Positions 1 to 10,700 of a DNA stretch of 64,000 nucleotides are shown here, piece after piece. Origin of the DNA: Candidatus Undinarchaeota archaeon (GTDB lineage: Archaea > SpSt-1190 > JASMDC01); NCBI GenBank assembly GCA_964519305.1, contig CAZFHY010000001.1, forward strand, positions 64,001 to 128,000, in the 5' to 3' direction. The position numbers and the translations under genes are program-made. The notes below the pieces were generated by a model. That model was not told where the DNA came from and did no database searches. It worked only from the letters and a program-made list of their open reading frames with translations. Every line of letters begins with the position of its first letter. Position 1 is the stretch's first letter.

Positions 1-420
1 GGGATATTCAGGCCGTACGTAATCCTTGCTGGTCCCCTCGAGACGGACCGCAGCTGATGTGATGATCATGTCACCGATGTCGATGTCCTCCTGGATGGTC
101 GCCGTGGAACCCACGCGGATGAACGTGTCCACACCGACAGCGGCCAGCTCCTCGATGGCCACGCCAAGTGGGCTGGGGCCCAGACCCGACGATACGGTGG
201 AGACGGGTATGCCCTTGAACTTGCCAGTATAGGTCCGGTACTCACGGTGGTAGGCCACCTCGTGAGCCTCATCGAATAGCTCTGCGATGACCGGCACCCG
301 CCCGGGGTCCCCGGGAAAGAGTACGTACCGCGCGACGTCGCCCGGTTTGCACTGGATATGATACTGGATGCCCTCCTCGGATTGCGGCCGGGTGGCTTCC
401 TTCATCTTGAGCGTGCCCAT
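1..420 (-). CDS. udp: Uridine/nucleoside phosphorylase (PNP_UDP_1 family); runs off the window start
   Basis: Manual translation from ATG at 420: MGTLKMKEATRPQSEEGIQYHIQCKPGDVARYVLFPGDPGRV...HREYRTYTG...SSGLGPSPLGVAIEELAAVGVDTFIRVGST...AAVRLEGTSKDYVRPEYP. It contains the PGDPxR, REY and IRVG motifs. It is absent from the ORF track because no stop lies in the window. Confidence 0.9.
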   Translation of the reverse strand, partial: MGTLKMKEATRPQSEEGIQYHIQCKPGDVARYVLFPGDPGRVPVIAELFDEAHEVAYHREYRTYTGKFKGIPVSTVSSGLGPSPLGVAIEELAAVGVDTFIRVGSTATIQEDIDIGDMIITSAAVRLEGTSKDYVRPEYP

Positions 421-442
421 ACGGCTGACAGGGCATCCAAGT

Positions 443-450
443 TTTATAAA
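443..450. promoter_or_regulatory. Palindromic TATA box (TTTATAAA) shared by divergent udp and smc
   Basis: AT-rich box in a 65-nt intergenic gap, about 23 nt from the udp ATG (420) and about 36 nt from the smc ATG (486). Confidence 0.6.
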
Positions 451-485
451 GGATGGCGGCACCACTACCCTTTTAGGCCCCCTCT

Positions 486-3400
486 ATGCCACGTATCACG
501 AACATCACCATGAAGGGCTTCAAGTCCTTTGCGCGGAAGACCTCCGTGCAGTTCCCGGTGGATTTCAGTGTGGTCGTGGGGCGCAACGGGTCCGGGAAGT
601 CGAACATCGTCGACGCCCTCTGCTTCGTTCTCGGGACAGCGCGTTCCAAGGTGATGCGGGTCAAGAACTCATCCGAGCTCATATTCAACGGTGGTAAGGA
701 CGGCAAGGCGTCCGAAAACGCCGAAGTGACGGTCACCTTCGACAACCAGGATGCCGGGTTCCGTATCGATAGCGAGGCCGTGACCGTGAGCAGGCTCGTG
801 AAGTCCAACGGTCAGGGGGTCTACCGTCTCAACGAGAAGCGCGTCACACGTCAGGAGATCCTCGAGGCGCTCTCGCACGCCCGCATCAATCCCGACTCAT
901 ACAACATCGTGCTCCAGAACGACGTGACCCGGGTCATCGATATGAGCGCCCGGGAGCGGCGTGGGTTCGTGGACGACATCGCCGGTATCGCTTCCTACGA
1001 GGAGCGGAAGGTGAAGGCGCTGCGCGAGCTGGAGAGCGTCGAGCGTCGGATGGAAGAGATCCAGATCAGGCTCACCGAGATGCGCCGCATCCTCGACGAG
1101 ATGCGCGAGGAACGGGACAAGGCCGTGAAGCTCCGCCAGCTCAAGGAGGAAAAAGGGCTTGTGGAGGCGACACTGTGCCGCTCGCGGGTGAAGCTCGACG
1201 AGGAACGCATCACTCGCCAGCAGAAGCACATCGCTGAACTCGAAGAGAAGCGGTCCAAGGTGCATGCACTTCGCCAGCAGGAGGAGGGTACGCTTGCCAC
1301 GAAGCAGGCCAAGCTCTCCCAGGTCGAGAAGCGTCTACAGGATGAAGGGTACGGTGACCAGGTCCGTTTGACGGATAGCCGTGCTACCATCGAGGGCGAG
1401 ATAGCTCTTCTCAAGGAACGGCACAAGAGCAAGGAAGGAGAACTGTCGGCCAAGCAGCAGCGGATCAAGGACCTCGTGCACGAACTGGCCGAGAACACAA
1501 AGGGGCTCGGGCAGGCGAAGAAGGCGCTCATTGAACTGGCCCAGCGTGAGAAGGAGCTCACGGACGAGATCGAGCAGGTTGGGGACCGCATCCGCAAGCA
1601 CCGCAAGGACCATGACTCGGAATGGGCCTCCCTGGAACAGGAGCGTGAGGTGCTCGAGCGCGAGGAGCGGGAGCTTTCCGCGCGCGAGACGACGCTCAGA
1701 GAAGAGCTTGCAAAGATCCGAGCGACACTAGAGGGCAGCACCGGCAAGCGCGTGCGCCTCGACGACCTGCGAAAGAACAAGACCGGTCTCGAGAAGGAGG
1801 AGGTCGAGCTCACGACCGGCATATCCACGAAGGGCGAGGAGGCGGCACGCCTCACAAGGGCCCTGAGCGACACGAAGCACGCTCTTGAGAAGAAGGAGCA
1901 GCAATACTCCCGCGTGCGCGACAAGCTAGAGCGACAGGCGCGGGTCAGCCCCCCTGTAGAAGCGGTCCTCCGGGCCGGTATCCCCGGTGTCGTGGGCAGG
2001 GTCTACGACCTCATCAAGTTCACCCCTGAGCACGCCGCTGCCATCATGGCGGCCGCCGGTGCCAGGATCAACGCGATCGTCGTGGAGCGCGACACGGTCG
2101 CAGTGGAATGTGTCCAGCTTCTCAAGAAGAAGCGGATCGGTAAAGCACGGTTCCTTCCTATGGACAAGCTCCGACCGCCCTCCCACTCCAGAGAAGCGGA
2201 GGGAGTCGGACGGGAGGCTATGGGGCTCCTGCGCGACCATGTCCGTTGTGAGCCCCATCTAGAGCCCATGCTCCGCTACGTGCTAGGGAACACGGTGCTC
2301 GTCGAGACCATCGAGGAGGCCCGTCGTCTCGGCTTCGGCCGGGCACGGATGGTGTCCCTTGACGGCGATGTGGCCGAGTCGTCCGGCGCGGTGATGGGTG
2401 GCCACAACAAGACGGAACGCATTACTGAGGACATCGGTGCGCTCCGCAGCGACATCGAGCGCATGGGCGGGAACGTCGCTAAGATGGAGCAGCACCGGGA
2501 CGTGCTGGAGGAGGAGCTCATCCAGATGCGTCAGCGGCGGGCTGAGGTGAAGATCAGCCTCGAGACCATCAAGGCCGACCTGAGCGACATGGAGGGCGTG
2601 GACGCCGCCACCCTCGAGAAGCGTGAGAGCGAGCTAGACAAGGAGCTAGGTGCCGTGACAAAGGACCTCGAGGTCCGTCGGGGCAAGCTCACCTCGATCC
2701 AGGAGAAGGTCAGCGCCCGTAATACCGAGGTGGAGAACGAGGCGCTCGACAAGGAAGAGGCGCGTCTGACCGAGCTCAGGGACCAGCTCCGGCAGGTAGG
2801 CGCGGAGCGTGCCGTCAAGGAACGGGAGAAACGGCACGAGTTCGAGGCGAACATCCAGATGTACAAGACCACCCTGCGCGAGGAGCAGAAGGCCACCGTC
2901 ACGCTCAAGAGCGAGCTCGCTGTCGTGGACAAGGAGCTTGCTGGTAAGGAAGGGGAGCTCGCCAAGGTCGCAGCTCAACTCGCCGAGATGGACGAGAAGC
3001 TCCAGACCTTCATCGCCGAGCAGGAGTCGGTCCGGGGTGACATCCGGTCGTCCGAGAAACGTATCGCGACGCTCGACCGGGAGTCGGACGGCCTGTCCAT
3101 CACCCTGGAGAACGACAGCGAGAAGCTCGGGGAGATGGAGGGCGAGCTCGGGGAGCTTAGGCGTGAACTCGGGCAGTTCTCCCTGTTCCTGCCCGACGAG
3201 GAGGACCAGACGGTCACGCGCCTGGACGCCCGTCTCAAGTCGGTGCAGCGACGTATCGAGCGACTGGGCGGAGTGTCCGAGTACATGCTCGAACGGTACG
3301 AGGAGCGCGAGAAGGAGTACAACGAGAGCATCGAGCGCAAGACCCTCCTCGAAAAAGAGAAGGGCGTCATCCTCACGACCATGGAAGAACTGGAGGCGAA

Positions 3401-3869
3401 GAAGAAGGAGGTGTTCCTAGAGGCCTATGTCAAGGTCAAGGAGCATTACTGCGCTGTCATAGGCTCTATCGAGGGCTGGTCCGGTGACCTCTCCCTGGAG
3501 AACGAGGAGGAACCATTAGAGGGCGGCCTGGTGCTCCACGCCCATCCCAAGGGCAAGCGTCTCATACGCCTCGAGAGCATGTCCGGTGGCGAGAAGGTGC
3601 TCACAGCACTCTCCCTCCTGCTGGCTCTGCAGAAGTTCGACGGCGCACCGTTCCTCGTGCTGGACGAGGTGGACGCGGCCCTTGACAAGGTCAACCTCGA
3701 CCGGTTCACCGAGCTGCTGCGCGAGACCGCTTCGAAGTCACAGCTCATCGTCATCTCTCACCACAACGAGTCGCTCATGCGCTCGGCAGACCAGCTCATC
3801 GGCGTCTCTGCCCGGAAGGGCCAGTCCATGCTCGTGGGGGTGAACCTGAATGCCTACACAGGAGAATGA
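486..3869 (+). CDS. smc: Chromosome segregation protein SMC
   Basis: GFKSF, Walker A GRNGSGKS, long coiled coils, hinge (GVVGRVYDLI...VSLDGDVAESSGAVMGG), signature MSGGEK and Walker B LVLDEVDAALD. Confidence 0.97.
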   Translation: MPRITNITMKGFKSFARKTSVQFPVDFSVVVGRNGSGKSNIVDALCFVLGTARSKVMRVKNSSELIFNGGKDGKASENAEVTVTFDNQDAGFRIDSEAVTVSRLVKSNGQGVYRLNEKRVTRQEILEALSHARINPDSYNIVLQNDVTRVIDMSARERRGFVDDIAGIASYEERKVKALRELESVERRMEEIQIRLTEMRRILDEMREERDKAVKLRQLKEEKGLVEATLCRSRVKLDEERITRQQKHIAELEEKRSKVHALRQQEEGTLATKQAKLSQVEKRLQDEGYGDQVRLTDSRATIEGEIALLKERHKSKEGELSAKQQRIKDLVHELAENTKGLGQAKKALIELAQREKELTDEIEQVGDRIRKHRKDHDSEWASLEQEREVLEREERELSARETTLREELAKIRATLEGSTGKRVRLDDLRKNKTGLEKEEVELTTGISTKGEEAARLTRALSDTKHALEKKEQQYSRVRDKLERQARVSPPVEAVLRAGIPGVVGRVYDLIKFTPEHAAAIMAAAGARINAIVVERDTVAVECVQLLKKKRIGKARFLPMDKLRPPSHSREAEGVGREAMGLLRDHVRCEPHLEPMLRYVLGNTVLVETIEEARRLGFGRARMVSLDGDVAESSGAVMGGHNKTERITEDIGALRSDIERMGGNVAKMEQHRDVLEEELIQMRQRRAEVKISLETIKADLSDMEGVDAATLEKRESELDKELGAVTKDLEVRRGKLTSIQEKVSARNTEVENEALDKEEARLTELRDQLRQVGAERAVKEREKRHEFEANIQMYKTTLREEQKATVTLKSELAVVDKELAGKEGELAKVAAQLAEMDEKLQTFIAEQESVRGDIRSSEKRIATLDRESDGLSITLENDSEKLGEMEGELGELRRELGQFSLFLPDEEDQTVTRLDARLKSVQRRIERLGGVSEYMLERYEEREKEYNESIERKTLLEKEKGVILTTMEELEAKKKEVFLEAYVKVKEHYCAVIGSIEGWSGDLSLENEEEPLEGGLVLHAHPKGKRLIRLESMSGGEKVLTALSLLLALQKFDGAPFLVLDEVDAALDKVNLDRFTELLRETASKSQLIVISHHNESLMRSADQLIGVSARKGQSMLVGVNLNAYTGE

Positions 3870-4728
3870 TGAGGCTGCGGCCTGGATGGAGGAGCGGGAC
3901 CTGGGCTCCGACCTCACACATGCGGAGATCATGGAGCTGTTCGGTTTCGATCCGTCCAAGCGCTATGTTGTGCGTCTGGCCGACCGGTGGTCCGACATCG
4001 CGTTCCTGCACGAGCAGGGCGTGGTGCAGCTGCGGGAAAAGGGCGAGCCCCAGGGGACCTATTATCTATCTCCCGAGGACCTGCGGGTCCGAAACGAACC
4101 CAAGCTCTACGGCGCGGTTTTCTCGTCCCTCTCCGACCAGTACCGCACCATCGCCAGCGCCTTCTCCATCGCCCAGCGCATCGCCGAGGGGCTCGGGCAC
4201 GCCATCTCGCTCAAGGACTTTCTCACGCTCGTCACGTTATTAGAGAAGGAGGTGGCCCTCAAGCAGGCGGCCGTGCACGTCCCCGGCCACGGAACCGTCA
4301 CCGAGACCGAACGACGGACCATGTTCGCCGAGCTCAAGCGCCTGCGATACGCCATCCTCGAGAAGATCTACGAGGTCCGGCATGCTCGCGAGGACTTCGA
4401 CCATGCCATGGAGCGGCTGGGCGAGGGCGACGACATCCACTTCGCCGCCGAGCTGCAGCGCACGAACCTCATGCGCATGGAGCGCGCCGAGCGTGAGCTG
4501 GAGCAGGCCATCAAGGAGTACAACAAGATGGACGAGACCCTCTTCTCCCAGGAAGGGGCGTTCATCATGGACCCGGCAGGCGAGGACATCGTGGTCGAGG
4601 TGTACCGGATGCCCGAGAAGCAGCCCGAGCAGAATGACGTACCGCCGCCCAAGCCAGTGCAGAACACGCCCGTCCCGACCATGGAGCGGCACCGGCCCCT
4701 GTCGCTGGAAGCGCAGCCGCCGGCGTGA
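3850..4728 (+). CDS. Hypothetical protein with coiled coil and Pro-rich C-terminus; true start may be ATG 3886
   Basis: 292-aa ORF directly after smc with a coding-like GC3 pattern. No family recognised. Confidence 0.6.
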   Translation: MPTQENDEAAAWMEERDLGSDLTHAEIMELFGFDPSKRYVVRLADRWSDIAFLHEQGVVQLREKGEPQGTYYLSPEDLRVRNEPKLYGAVFSSLSDQYRTIASAFSIAQRIAEGLGHAISLKDFLTLVTLLEKEVALKQAAVHVPGHGTVTETERRTMFAELKRLRYAILEKIYEVRHAREDFDHAMERLGEGDDIHFAAELQRTNLMRMERAERELEQAIKEYNKMDETLFSQEGAFIMDPAGEDIVVEVYRMPEKQPEQNDVPPPKPVQNTPVPTMERHRPLSLEAQPPA

Positions 4729-4764
4729 TAAGTGTTTTAAAAACTAGGTGTCATTACTGCGACG

Positions 4765-7700
4765 GTGGCAGTGGAGGGAATAGATATCGCAAACCCTGTT
4801 CTTCCCATACGCAGGTATCGGTTCCTATCGCTCATGGCCATTCTCTTCGCTCTCCTCCTCACGCTCTCTGTCGCCGAGAGCTGTTCCGATGGCGGGTACT
4901 GCCCTCAGCAGGAACTCACGTTCACCAGACAGGACATCGGCACCATCGGCGGAGCCATCTCGACCGTATCGGCAGACATCAATGGCGACGGGAACCTCGA
5001 CGTGGTCGCCTGTGGCTTCGACGGCCAGAGACTGGCATGGTACGAGCGGACCGGCGCCACATGGGAGGAGCACGCCGTGGCCACCCTTGTAGGTGTCCAC
5101 TCAGTAGACGTGGGGGACATGGACGGGGATGGCGATGTGGACGTGGTCGCAGGCTCGTACACGGGCGGCGCCATCACATGGTACGCCAACTCAGGCACAG
5201 GCTCCGGATGGACGCGGCACGACGTGGACTCGGGTCTGGGATCCTTGAACTACGTGGGTACCACCGACCTGGACGGGGATGGGCACATCGACGTCGTCTC
5301 CTCATCCTCCGACACCGACACGATCGCATGGTGGACCAACAGCGGCGACGGCACTGCTTGGACCAAGCACGTCGTAACGACCGAGTGCGAACGCGCCGTG
5401 GCCAGGAACGCGGCTGACGTGGACCGGGACGGCGACCTCGACATCGCGGTATATTGTGCTGACAGCGATGATGTTGCGTGGTTCGAGAACGCCAACGGTG
5501 CCGGCACCCTATGGACGATACACGTCATCGATCCCTCCCTCGATAATCCAACCGACATGGACCTCGCGGATGTGGACGGCGACGGCGACCTGGACGCTGT
5601 GGCCGTGGCCAAGACCCCCGGGGACGTGGCGTGGTACGAGCAGGGCACGCCCTTCGGGACGGCGCTGGAGTTCGACGGGGCGGACGATGAGGTTGTAGTC
5701 CCCGACAGCGCTGCACTCGACATATCCAACGCGATCACTGTAGAGGCCTGGATCAAGGCGGATGCATGGGGTGTTGATCACGGGATCGGCACCATCGTCG
5801 ACAAGCACGACTGGATAAGCGGGGCGGCGGGCTACGTCCTCAGGGCGGGGGACGGGGGGAAGCTCTCGCTCAATCTCGGAGCCTCCAGTCAATGGAAGGA
5901 GGTAATCTCGCCCGCCGTCATGGAGACAGGGCGCTGGCACCACGTGGCCGGGACCTTCGACGGGTCCACCATCAAGGTCTTCGTCGACGGTGTCGAGCAG
6001 GAATCAAAGGACGTTCCTGCCTTCACGATCCGAGCAAATTCGGCCAAGCTCACGATCGGGCGTGCCACATGGGAGCCCATACGTGACCGTCTGTTCGATG
6101 GCTCTATCGACGAGGTACGCATCTGGGACACGGCCCTCGACCAGGCCGAGATCCAGGGCTGGATGCACCGGCCGGTGGACGACAGTCATTCAAGCTACGC
6201 GAACCTCGCAGCCTACTACCGGTTCGACGACAGCTCGGGCACCACGGCCGCCGACTCCAAGGGCGACAACGACGGTACCCTCACCAACATGGATGAGGAG
6301 GACTTTGTAACCAGCACCGTCCCCGGCTGGACCAGGCACCTCATCGACGGCGATTTCACCAGTGCCTTCGAGGTGCACGCTGCCGACCTGGACGGCGACG
6401 GGGACACCGATGTCCTCGCAGGCTCCCAGGGATCGGAGGTGGCGTGGTGGGAGCAGACGCTGCCCTTCGGGACGGCGCTGGAGTTCGACGGGACGGACGA
6501 CTACGTCAACGCCGGCACGGGTATCAACATCGCCAACAGCGACTTCACCGTCGAGTTCTGGCTCAAGCGGAGCGCTGCCGGGCATGACGACATATTCGTC
6601 GCCCAGGGTCCCGAGCTCATGAACCAGGGGCTCCATATTGGATTCAGGGACACCAACACGTTCACGTGCGCCTTCTGGCAAAACGATCTTAATACGGCTG
6701 CAATCTACACCGACACCAACTGGCACCACTGGGCGTGCAGCTACGATGTATCCACCAACGCGCGGAAGATCTACCGTGATGGCGTGGAGGTAGCCAGCGA
6801 CACGGCTCCGGCGGACTTCCAGGGCTCAGGGGCGCTCTACCTCGGTAGAGCGATTAATTTAGCCCGATCGGCAGGCTCCCTCGACGAGGTCCGAATCTGG
6901 GACACCGCCCTCACCCAGGAAGAGATCAATGCCTGGATGCACAAGGAAGTGGACGACACCCACTCCGATTACGCAAGCCTCGTCTCCTACTACCTATTCG
7001 ACGATGGCTCGGGCACCACGGCCGCCGACTCCAAGGGCGACAACGACGGCACCCTCACCAACATGGACGAGGAGGACTGGGTAACCAGCACCGCTCCCGG
7101 CTGGAGCAAGCATCCACTCGACACCGGCTTCACCTGGTCCTACACGCTCCAGGACGCTGACCTGAACGGCGACGGGCTCAACGACATTCTTGCCGCGGGC
7201 CGCACCAGCGACAAGGTCTCCTACTGGGAAGCGGACGTCTCGGTCTCGGGGAAGGGCCTCCCCGAGGGGATGCTCCCGCCGGTGAACATCACCACCGCGC
7301 CCTGCCCCGACGGCATGGCCCGCATCAGTGCGTACTGGGGCTCCTACTGCATCGACCAGTATGAAGCGCACGACGCCGGAGGGAGGCGGGCGCTGGCCTT
7401 GGCCGGTGGGAACGATGCCGTGGTGGACTCCGACGTGACCGAGTGGCCCACCACCGCCATAACCTTCGAGTTCTGGATGCGGTCCACAGACACAGTGCAC
7501 CGGTGCATCACTTCCTATGCCGTTGAGAGCGAGGGCAACCACTTCAGCATCTGGGGGCCCGAAGCCGTGGAGTTCACGGTCCGCGATCCAGGTACCAACA
7601 ACGCCCGCAAGGTACAGACCTCCGTGGCGCTCAACGACGGCGAGTGGCACCATGTGGCCGTCACCTGGGACAGCGTCAGCGGGGCCGTAGCCCTCTACAA

Positions 7701-10700
7701 GGATGGATCCCTAGCCCATTCGCAGGGCGACATCGCAAAGGATCTCGTCCTGTCCGCAGACGGCTGCCTGGTGCTGGGCCAGGACCAGGACGGGGGTTGT
7801 GGCGGCTATGCTGCCAACCAGGCCTACATCGGCGACCTAGACGACGTTCGCATCTGGAGCAAGGCGCTGGACGGCAACACCATCAGGACGTGGATGTCAC
7901 GCGACATCGACAGTACCCACACTGCGTTCGGGAGCCTCGTCACCCACTACGCATTCGACGAGGGCGAGGGCACCGCCGTGGGGGATAGCACCGGCAACAA
8001 CGACGCGATCCTCCAGGACATGGACACGGCCACCGCGTGGGTGGACCTTACCACAGGCGACCATAAGGCCGGCTCGGCTCCGGGGAAGACGCCGTGGGTG
8101 GACATCTCCTGGACGGATTCCAAGGCCGCTTGCACTGCTGCGGGCAAGCGCCTGTGCACCGACGCCGAGTGGATGGCCGCGTGCAACCTTCAGGGGCAGA
8201 AGTACTACCTCCATGGGGAGGGGACCGGGGAGACGTACGGTTGCTACACCCTCTGCGACGGGTGTGATAATGACGATCCCTCGTTCAACGACCTGACGGG
8301 ATCCCATCCTTGGTGCAGGTCGGACACCGGTGTGTACGACATGGTGGGTAACGTGATGGAGTGGACGGACGCCACGACCCCCACAGCAACGTGGTCCAGC
8401 ACCAATTCATGGATCAAGCTCCTCCTCGATCCACCGGAAAAGGCATGGGGTGGCGACTTTGTCCAGGGAGGGGACTCGCAGGCCGGCAATCCCTTCGTGC
8501 GGGGTGGTCCGCGGATGAAGACCGCGGGTAATGCCATTATGCCCGGATGCTTCTATCTCAACACCAAAAAAACGCCTACCACTCAAGATGCCCGCATCGG
8601 CTTCCGCTGCTGCATGGGCGACGCAGAGAGCCCCGGTGTACCAGCCACACTGGAGGAGGCGCTGGTTGACCGCAACCAGAAGTACCTCGACACCTTCAAC
8701 GAGGGGCTGGACCTGGTGCGCCAGGGTCACGGTCCACTTGCCATCTCCAAGTTCGAGGAGTGCCTTGCCATGGCCCCGGGGAACATCTTCATGTCCACGA
8801 ACATCGCCGTCCTCCAGGCTGCCCAGGGCCCCACCTGCACTGCACCCCATGCCTTGTGCCCGGGAGATTTGCAGTGCACTGACCTCTCAACCAATGTGAA
8901 CCACTGTGGTGCGTGCGGGAACGTCTGCCAGCTGGCGAACGCCGTCCCCAAGTGCGCCCCTCCCGGTGCCTGCGAGGTCCAGGACTGTAATCCCGGTTAT
9001 GGCAACTGCGACCTTAACCATGCTAATGGCTGCGAAGCGAAGCTCGACACCGATCAGAACTGCATGAACTGTGGGGTTGCCTGTACCAGCGGTAAGGTGT
9101 GTGTGGCAGGGGGCTGCGGCTGCCCCGACGGGAAGACGGACTGCTTGACCGCTTGCGCGGACGTCCAGTCGGATCCGGCCCACTGCGGCCTTTGTGGCAA
9201 CGCCTGCGACGTAGGCCAGGTGTGCGCTCAGGGTCAGTGCTCCTCCGAGTGTCTCGGCGCCACAACCGAGTGCGGGGGCGCATGTGTGGATACGAGCATC
9301 GACGGGGACAACTGCGGAGCGTGCGGGATTAAGTGCTCTGCCGTGATGGGCAGCGCGAAATGCACGTCCGGCCTCTGTGCCATTGTGTCGTGCACGGAGG
9401 GCTACGGCGACTGTGACACGGATTACAGCAACGGTTGCGAGGCACCCCTATCCACTGATAACAACTGCGGTGCCTGCTCGACGATGTGCACCGGCGGGAA
9501 GAGCTGCAAGAGCGGCAGCTGCCAGTGCCTGACAGGGGCAACCGACTGTGATGGTACCTGCGTGAACATCCAGACCAACGGTAAGCACTGCGGGAAGTGC
9601 GGCAATGCCTGCCCCGCAAGCCAGGTGTGTGCCAACGGGGAGTGCTCCACCGAATGCCCCGAAGGAACAACCGCATGCGGCAGCGCCTGCGTGAACCTCC
9701 TAACGGACGTGGGGAACTGCGGCGCCTGCGAAACAGCATGCCCCGAGGGAAGGACGTGCCTTGCGGGCAACTGCACCTGTCCCGGGAGCAACATCGAGTG
9801 CGGGGGCGCATGTGTGGACATCCTTATCGATGCGAACAACTGCGGCGCTTGTAGCAAGAGCTGTACCGCTTCCAATGCCAAGATGGGCTGCACGTCCGGT
9901 AAATGCACCCTCGCCTCGTGCACGGAGGGCTACGGCGATTGCGACCTGAACGTAACCAACGGGTGCGAGGCCGCCCTCTCCACCAAGGATAACTGCGGTG
10001 CCTGCGGCGCGACATGCACCGGGGGGATGGGATGCGTGGAGGGTGCCTGCGCTTGCACCGAGGGGAGGACTGCGTGCGATGGCACGTGCGTTGACGTCCA
10101 GTCCAATCCCGCACACTGCGGCGCCTGCGGCACCGCCTGCCCCGAGGGCCAGGTGTGCGCTGCGGGGGCGTGCTCCTCCGAATGCCCCGCCGGGACCACC
10201 GAGTGCGCGGGGGCGTGCGTGGACGTGGCCACGGACGTGGAGAACTGCGGCGCCTGCGGCGCTGCCTGCTCCGTGGCTCAAGGCACCGCCGGGTGCGCCG
10301 AGAACGTGTGTGTTGTTGCGACGTGCGACGGGGGCTTCGGCGACTGCGACGGGGCCTACGGCACGGGGTGCGAGATGGAGCTCTCCATCAATGCCAAGCA
10401 CTGCGGGGCGTGCTGGAACGCCTGCAAGGACGGGGATGTCTGCGACGGTGGCGGATGCAAGCGGACCACCAACCGCGCAAACGGGGAACCGTGCGAGCTT
10501 CCCAACGACTGTGCCTCAACCAACTGTGTCAACAAGGTGTGCTGTGTTGCGGGCAAGTCGTGCTGCACGAGCGATGCCGACTGTCTGGAGAACGAGGCCT
10601 GCGACACTGCACGCTTCTATTGTATCAAAATGGCGGCCACGCCACCTCCTGACGCTCTCGCCGGAGAGGAGCTGAGAGAAGAAGCTGCAGAACAGCTCGA

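Noticed and set aside
8060-8613. Diversity-generating retroelement target (C-lectin/FGE fold ending GFRC)
   Set aside because: I saw no reverse transcriptase and no template repeat differing at adenines in this window, and the domain is internal. A distant DGR cannot be excluded.
8830-10630. CRISPR-like or non-coding repeat array
   Set aside because: The repeats are in-frame, degenerate Cys-rich protein repeats without constant repeat-spacer periodicity.
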